Shown: piece by piece, positions 61,189 through 64,000 of the stretch
Layout of the letters: the number at the start of each line of letters is the position of its first letter
Position numbering within the stretch: position 1 is the first letter of the stretch
NCBI GenBank assembly: GCA_050949045.1
Contig: JBMNEZ010000001.1
Coordinates: 448,001 to 512,000, forward strand
Length of the DNA: 64,000 bases
Origin: Candidatus Izemoplasmatales bacterium
Lineage (GTDB): Bacteria; Bacillota_I; Bacilli_A; Izemoplasmatales; Hujiaoplasmataceae
Reading direction: 5' to 3'
Notes under the pieces: generated by a model
Seen by the model: only the letters and a program-made list of their open reading frames with translations
Database searches by the model: none
What the model was told of the DNA's origin: nothing
Program-made: the position numbers and the translations under genes

Positions 61189-64000
61189 ATGAAAAAACTA
61201 TCAGTTTTAATTTGCTTGTTACTGTTTGGCCTTGCGCTGACAGGTTGCAATCCCGAGCAAGTCGTCGTCACCGGGGCACCCGGGGCTGATGGCGCACAGG
61301 GATTACAAGGACCACAAGGACCACAAGGGCCACAAGGCCCCAAAGGCGAAAAGGGAGAACAGGGAGACCCGGCAGTGTTGGTTGCAGCACCGGAAGTGGA
61401 ATTAATTGATGAAGGCGTCTTTACACCGGTCGGCGTTTCGACATTGAATCTGGCGAACCAAGCGAAATATTATCCCGGCGCCGCCACCAAGGCGGAGGCA
61501 GATGCAACCGCGGATATAATCAACCGTCAGATCTGTGCCGAGGGACAGGTATTGTTGTACAACAACGGCGCGCTCCCACTGGCTGAGCATGAGAGAAAGA
61601 TATCATTGATGGGCATTGCCTCTCAAGATATCGTAGTATCGGGTGGCGGATCAGGTAGTTCAGGGCAGAACAATCAAAGCACAAGATACAATTGGAACAA
61701 TGCCTTTGCAGAAGAGGGCTTTGCCTTGAATCCAAAGCTTGCCAACATTTACCAAGCGTATGTGGCAAGCGGCGTTGGTACTTCTGCGCAGTATCTTGAG
61801 ATAGATCCAGAGGCATATTTAGGGAGTTCTGTGATCTCGACATACTCGGCATACAGAGATGCGGCCGTAATAGTGTTCCACAGATGGGGAACAGAGAATG
61901 CGGACCTGAGAACCTATAACGCAAAAGGTCACTCGAACCCACTTGATACAGAGCTGGATCTTCAAGACTTTGAAATAGCTCATATCAGGCACGCAAAACA
62001 ATACTTTGACAAAGTTATAGTCATTCTTAACTCATCCAACGTAATGGGCGTAGCCCAACTTGCCGAACCCAAGACCGACGACAATCTAGGCGTTGATGCC
62101 ATTCTGTGGGTAGGCGGCGTTGGGCAAGTAGGGTGCCTACAAGCAGTCAGAATTTTAAAGGGCGCAGTCAATCCTAGCGGCCATGTGGCTAGCACATGGT
62201 GGGCAGACTTGAAAGCAGATCCCGCGTTCTATAACGTTTCAGTTATGAACCAAAACGCTGAAGGCGACGGCAGATCGGATGCATTCTTCCGCGATCCCGA
62301 TGGAAACCAAACGGTATTCGCGCTTGTTGAATATCGCGAAGGCATATACATGGGACATCGCTATTATGAATCGGTATATGATGATATGCTCGCATCCGGC
62401 AAGTCAAAAGCAGAAGCAGACGCATGGTATGACAGCGTTGTTTTCGTACCCTTCGGCGGCGGCGAGAGCTATACCACATTTGATTGGCAGCTAGCTGGAA
62501 AATCAAGAAGCAAAGCTATCACGAGCAATGCACAGCAGATTACAATCAAAGTTCAGGTAACAAATACAGGCAACATGGCAGGGAAGGACGTAGTGCAGTT
62601 GTATTCAACACCGCCATACTATAACGGCGGCATCGAAAAAGCTTCAGCCGCAATGGTTGGCTTTGCCAAAACGAAAGAATTACAACCTGGCGAAAGCGAA
62701 ATAGTGACCATTCAGATATTGGCTGATGATTTAGCATCCTTTGACTGGAACGATGCAAACAACAACGGTTTCAGTGGTTGGGAACTTGAACACGGAGACT
62801 ATGTGCTCTCAGTTCGCAGAAACTCACACGATGTTGAATTCAGCGTAACATACAACGTAGCCCAAGACATAAAAATTGTCTACGACCTTGAGACGGGGGC
62901 AGAAGCTAAGCCCGTGTTTACGGATGATGGTTACATGGATTTCACAACAGTCCGCGGCGACTTATTGGAGAAAAGCGCAAGCCGTAAAGATCGCGGTTTG
63001 AAGCAACCCGAAGGCGTTTCATTAGAAGACCGTACTTTGACGGAAGCGGAACATGCCACTCTTCTTTCGCAGGAATTTTATACACCTTGGAACGATGAAC
63101 CAGGACAACCATGGTATGTAAGTTCAGTAGACAATCTGCCAGATAATTGGACTCAGGCATCAGAGGCTACACCGACAGCTGATTTGACAGTACTTCGCGC
63201 TGCACTTACCGGAGTTCCGTATCATGAACCAACGGTAGTAGACGGGGTGGTCACATTTGGGACCCTTACGGAGCAGCAGCAAGCAGACAACGCCAAGTGG
63301 GATGCCTACATGAACGCACTCACTTACGAGCAACTTGTGACTTATTATACCGGTGCCAAAGGCCCGTTGAGCGGCGGTTTGACCGGCAGCGACGGCCCCG
63401 TTTCATTCGGTGGTGGCGCAAACTGGCCGACATGCCCAGTAACGGCCTCTACATGGAACTATGATTTGTGGCTGGCCCAGGGCGAAATGCTCGGCACACA
63501 GGCGTTGCTTAACGGCACAACAGGCTGGCGCGGCGGCGGCATCAACACACACCGTACGCCATTCAACGGCCGAGTATTCGAGTATTACAGTGAAGACGGC
63601 GTTCTCGCAGCTTATATTGCAAAAGCAATCGACACCGGCGTAACCGGCAAGGGAATAATGTGCTATTGGAAACACTATTTCGCGAACGATCAAGAATATC
63701 GTCGTGCAAACTTCGGCGGCGTATCAGTATTCGCGACAGAGCAAGCTTTCCGTGAAATTTACCTCAGACCCTTTGAAGCGGTGATAAAGAACGGTACAGC
63801 CGGCATCATGACATCATTTAGCCGTTTGGGCTTTGTACAACAATCAGGTAACTATGCATCACACCAGAAACTGCTTCGCGACGAATGGGGATACCGCGGC
63901 GGCACAGTTAACGACAGATGGTGTAAGTACTTCATGCCGCAGGATCTGATGCTTCGCGCGGGCGACACATATCTGATGGGGAGATGGGACGAATTCCCAG
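61189..64000 (+). CDS. Lipoprotein GH3 glycosidase (permuted C-Fn3-N order) with a collagen-like linker; 3' end outside window; not in the ORF track
   Basis: Manual translation: [20 protein letters not shown] lipobox, (Gly-X-Y)11, [82 protein letters not shown]. Confidence 0.92.
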   Translation, partial: MKKLSVLICLLLFGLALTGCNPEQVVVTGAPGADGAQGLQGPQGPQGPQGPKGEKGEQGDPAVLVAAPEVELIDEGVFTPVGVSTLNLANQAKYYPGAATKAEADATADIINRQICAEGQVLLYNNGALPLAEHERKISLMGIASQDIVVSGGGSGSSGQNNQSTRYNWNNAFAEEGFALNPKLANIYQAYVASGVGTSAQYLEIDPEAYLGSSVISTYSAYRDAAVIVFHRWGTENADLRTYNAKGHSNPLDTELDLQDFEIAHIRHAKQYFDKVIVILNSSNVMGVAQLAEPKTDDNLGVDAILWVGGVGQVGCLQAVRILKGAVNPSGHVASTWWADLKADPAFYNVSVMNQNAEGDGRSDAFFRDPDGNQTVFALVEYREGIYMGHRYYESVYDDMLASGKSKAEADAWYDSVVFVPFGGGESYTTFDWQLAGKSRSKAITSNAQQITIKVQVTNTGNMAGKDVVQLYSTPPYYNGGIEKASAAMVGFAKTKELQPGESEIVTIQILADDLASFDWNDANNNGFSGWELEHGDYVLSVRRNSHDVEFSVTYNVAQDIKIVYDLETGAEAKPVFTDDGYMDFTTVRGDLLEKSASRKDRGLKQPEGVSLEDRTLTEAEHATLLSQEFYTPWNDEPGQPWYVSSVDNLPDNWTQASEATPTADLTVLRAALTGVPYHEPTVVDGVVTFGTLTEQQQADNAKWDAYMNALTYEQLVTYYTGAKGPLSGGLTGSDGPVSFGGGANWPTCPVTASTWNYDLWLAQGEMLGTQALLNGTTGWRGGGINTHRTPFNGRVFEYYSEDGVLAAYIAKAIDTGVTGKGIMCYWKHYFANDQEYRRANFGGVSVFATEQAFREIYLRPFEAVIKNGTAGIMTSFSRLGFVQQSGNYASHQKLLRDEWGYRGGTVNDRWCKYFMPQDLMLRAGDTYLMGRWDEFP
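61273..61371 (+). repeat. Collagen-like Gly-X-Y repeat x11
   Basis: [33 protein letters not shown]. Confidence 0.95.

Noticed and set aside
61402..63693. Short ORFs listed in the track for the last 2.6 kb
   Set aside because: All overlap the single long plus-strand GH3 frame starting at 61189.

Overview
Chromosomal window from a Bacillota-derived bacterium, most likely a basal Mollicutes relative (Acholeplasmatales/Izemoplasmatales-like). This placement is inferred from gene order, the single-chain GlyRS, standard use of TGA as stop, and the absence of dgkA and prmA at their usual positions. Positions 1-37 kb are mostly core genes: gdh-DUF1015-serC-serA, a DAK2-DegV fusion, manA, rpmG, CIRCE-controlled hrcA-grpE-dnaK-dnaJ, rsmE-mtaB, rpsU, phoH-ybeY-cdd-era-recO, glyQS-dnaG-rpoD-trmK-nif3, a ferredoxin and yneF. 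A block between dnaJ and rsmE carries a PadR regulator plus a Wadjet/MksBEF-type JetA-JetB-JetC SMC operon with no JetD nuclease, preceded by a 15-bp-period palindromic array. An AT-rich, integrase-less island follows tRNA-Gly(CCC). It carries AlbA/Schlafen, Fic, Smr, an AbiE pair and HTH-MNT genes, separated by repeated att-like junctions. A second one follows tRNA-Leu(GAG) and encodes a secreted leukocidin/alpha-hemolysin-like beta-pore-forming protein candidate plus a small membrane protein. Between the islands lies a full-length PLD/SF2-helicase homologue whose catalytic motifs are degenerate. The window ends with an ABC exporter pair, a hydantoinase-like/HDAC-like pair, an MMPL protein, and a collagen-stalked GH3 lipoprotein that runs off the end. 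All family calls come from motif recognition by eye; no database searches were run.
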